Position numbers and translations under genes: made by a program. Shown piece by piece: positions 62,060 to 64,000 of a DNA stretch of 64,000 bases (the first letter of the stretch is position 1; each line of letters starts with the position of its first letter). The notes below the pieces were generated by a model, which was given only the letters and a program-made list of their open reading frames with translations, was not told the origin of the DNA and searched no databases. The DNA is taken from assembly GCF_009914755.1 (NCBI RefSeq), contig NC_060927.1. One strand, given 5' to 3'. The DNA comes from the human T2T-CHM13v2.0 reference genome, Homo sapiens.

Positions 62060-62900
62060 TAAAAAAATTAGATTTATTGAGATATAATTAATATACCACA
62101 AATTTACCTTTTAAAAGTATACAATTCAGTGATTTTTTAGTTTATTCACAGAGTTGTGTAACCATTACCACCATCTAATTCCAGAATATTTTTATCACCT
62201 CAAAAGGAAACCCATAAACATTAGCAGCCACTCCCCATTCCTCCTTTCCCCCAGCTCCTGGCAATCAGAATCTGCTTTCTGTCTCTCTGGATTTGTGTAT
62301 TCTAGACATTTCATATAAATGTAATCCATTATATGTGGCCTTTTGTCTGGCTTCTTTCACACAGCATAACATTTTTAAGGTTTGTTCATGCTGCAGCATG
62401 TATCACTGCTTCACTCCTTTTTACTGCTTAATAATATTCTATTGTCTGGCTATATCACATTTTGTTTATCCATTCATCAGTTGATGGGCATTTGGGTTGT
62501 TTCCACTTTTTGGCTGTTATAAATATTTGTGTACTGGTTTTTATGTGGACTTACATTTTGACTTCTTTTGGGTATATACCTAGGAATGAAATTTTTGGGT
62601 CGTATGATAACTCTGTTTAACATTTTGAGGAACTTCCAAACTGTTTTCTAACGTGGCTGTACCATTTTACAACTCAACCAGCAATGTGTGAGAGTTACAA
62701 TTTCTCTATATCCTAACCAAAACTTTTTATTCATTATCTTCTTAGTTTTAGCCATTCTAATGGGTGTGAAGTGGTATCTCGTTATGGTTTGCATTTCTCT
62801 AATAACTAAGGATGTTGAACATCTTGTCATGAGCTTATCAGTCATTTGTAGATCTTCTTTGGAGCAACGTCTATTCAAATTCTTTGCCCATTTTGACGTG
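62060..62900 (-). mobile_element. L1MB-like 3' fragment
   Basis: TTTATTGAGATATAATT...AAAGTATACAATTCAGTG...CATTCTAATGGGTGTGAAGTGGTATCTC. Confidence 0.88.
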
Positions 62901-63796
62901 GGCTGTTTGCTGGTCTCCTCTTTTCTGAAGTGTGTTAGTGGGTAATTATCTGATCTTGTGGGGCACAGGGCATTCCCTGCCTCTTTGTAGTCCAGGGATC
63001 ACCACAGGGACAGGAACCAGCTTACCAGTTAGGTATTGTCCTCGGGGATTCTCTAACCCCAGATCAGTTTCAGAAACCCTGGGAGTGGTCCAGGGAAAAC
63101 CAATGTGGAAGGCATTGACTGAGGCCATGGCTAAAAGCCAGGAGCTATTAGACTTGTTCCATAACCTCTATGAGTTGAAATCCAGTTAGTGATTCAGGTA
63201 CAGAGGCTGTGTAATAACCAGGACAGAGGCAAGCCTTGGAACTCTGGGTGACGGGAAAGTTAGAAGGTACGTCCAGGATGATATCTCAATCCAGGCCTGG
63301 GATCCAAGTCCCTTTGGACAGCCAGGTTGGGCCCAGATGGAGCCACATCACCTTTGCTCAGGCTTCTCACCTGCCCTTGCATAGGACAGCTTTCTTCTAC
63401 CCTACCACTCTGCCTCAGCTGGCATTCTGCCGCCAGGACTTTCCATCCTCTGGTGAGATCCTGGCCAACCTTGAGAGTTAAGATCCTCTTTGTTGTCCCC
63501 TCTGACTGCTCAGCTCATGAGGATTTCCCACCTCTGACCTTCTGCTTACTGACCTTCCCCAGTGACCTACCCTTGCCTTCTTAGTAGAGGGCCCTCGGGA
63601 GGGAGCAGACACCTAATCCTAGCCAGAACAGGCTCCTGCTTTTCATCATGAACCATGCACAGGTGCTTTTTCCTTCAGGCTGTTCCCCCTGGCCAGGGAT
63701 GTTCCTCCCTTTCTCTCCTTCTTTCTAGCCCATCCTCATAAGTCCAACTCAGTTCCCCTCCCTGGCATTTCCTGACCTCTGCAGACCACTGTGACA

Positions 63797-64000
63797 TCTA
63801 TGGCTGAATTGTATCCCCCTCCTAAGTTTGTATGTTGAGCCCCTAACCCCCAATGTGATGGTATTTAGAGAGAGGGACTTTGCGAAATAATCAGGTTTAG
63901 ATGAGGTCATGAGTGTAGGGCCATTATGATAGGATTCGTGCCCTCATAAGAAGAGATAGTAGAGAGCTTGCATGCTCTCTCTCCCAGCTACGTGAGGACA
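63797..64000. mobile_element. MaLR LTR (MLT1/MST-like), cut by the window end
   Basis: TATGGCTGAATTGTATCCCCC...CCCTAACCCCCAATGTGATGGTATT...GATGAGGTCATGAG...CCCTCATAAGAAGAG. Confidence 0.85.

Overview
Human (non-reference haplotype) genomic DNA from the FOXL2 locus, 3q22.3. It contains the intronless forkhead gene FOXL2 on the minus strand (CDS 16584-17714, 376 aa, normal 14-Ala tract, wild-type Cys134, carrying the c.501C>T and c.536C>G/p.Ala179Gly alleles). FOXL2NB/C3orf72 is transcribed head-to-head on the plus strand (3 coding exons, 175 aa, second intron GC-AG). The lncRNA LINC01391 probably lies just downstream of FOXL2. All of this sits in a ~17 kb CpG-island cluster almost free of Alu/L1. 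The rest is repeat-rich intergenic DNA (about 27 Alu copies or fragments, 23 on the minus strand, plus L1, L2, MIR, MER5A, MaLR LTRs and microsatellites). Nearly all entries in the ORF track are shadow or repeat-derived ORFs. The best candidates for something undescribed are: (i) a chain of phase-compatible minus-strand exon-like segments (about 31.9 kb to 19.6 kb) that looks like a decayed or unannotated multi-exon gene antisense to FOXL2NB and pointing at FOXL2; (ii) an orphan ETS/E2F-type CpG island at 31.5 kb with downstream plus-strand exons; (iii) an exact 60-bp templated duplication 7 kb apart; (iv) a retroposed mRNA 3' fragment; (v) a CTCF motif apparently created inside a MER5A next to a 9-bp VNTR. 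Repeat subfamily calls and repeat boundaries are by eye and approximate.
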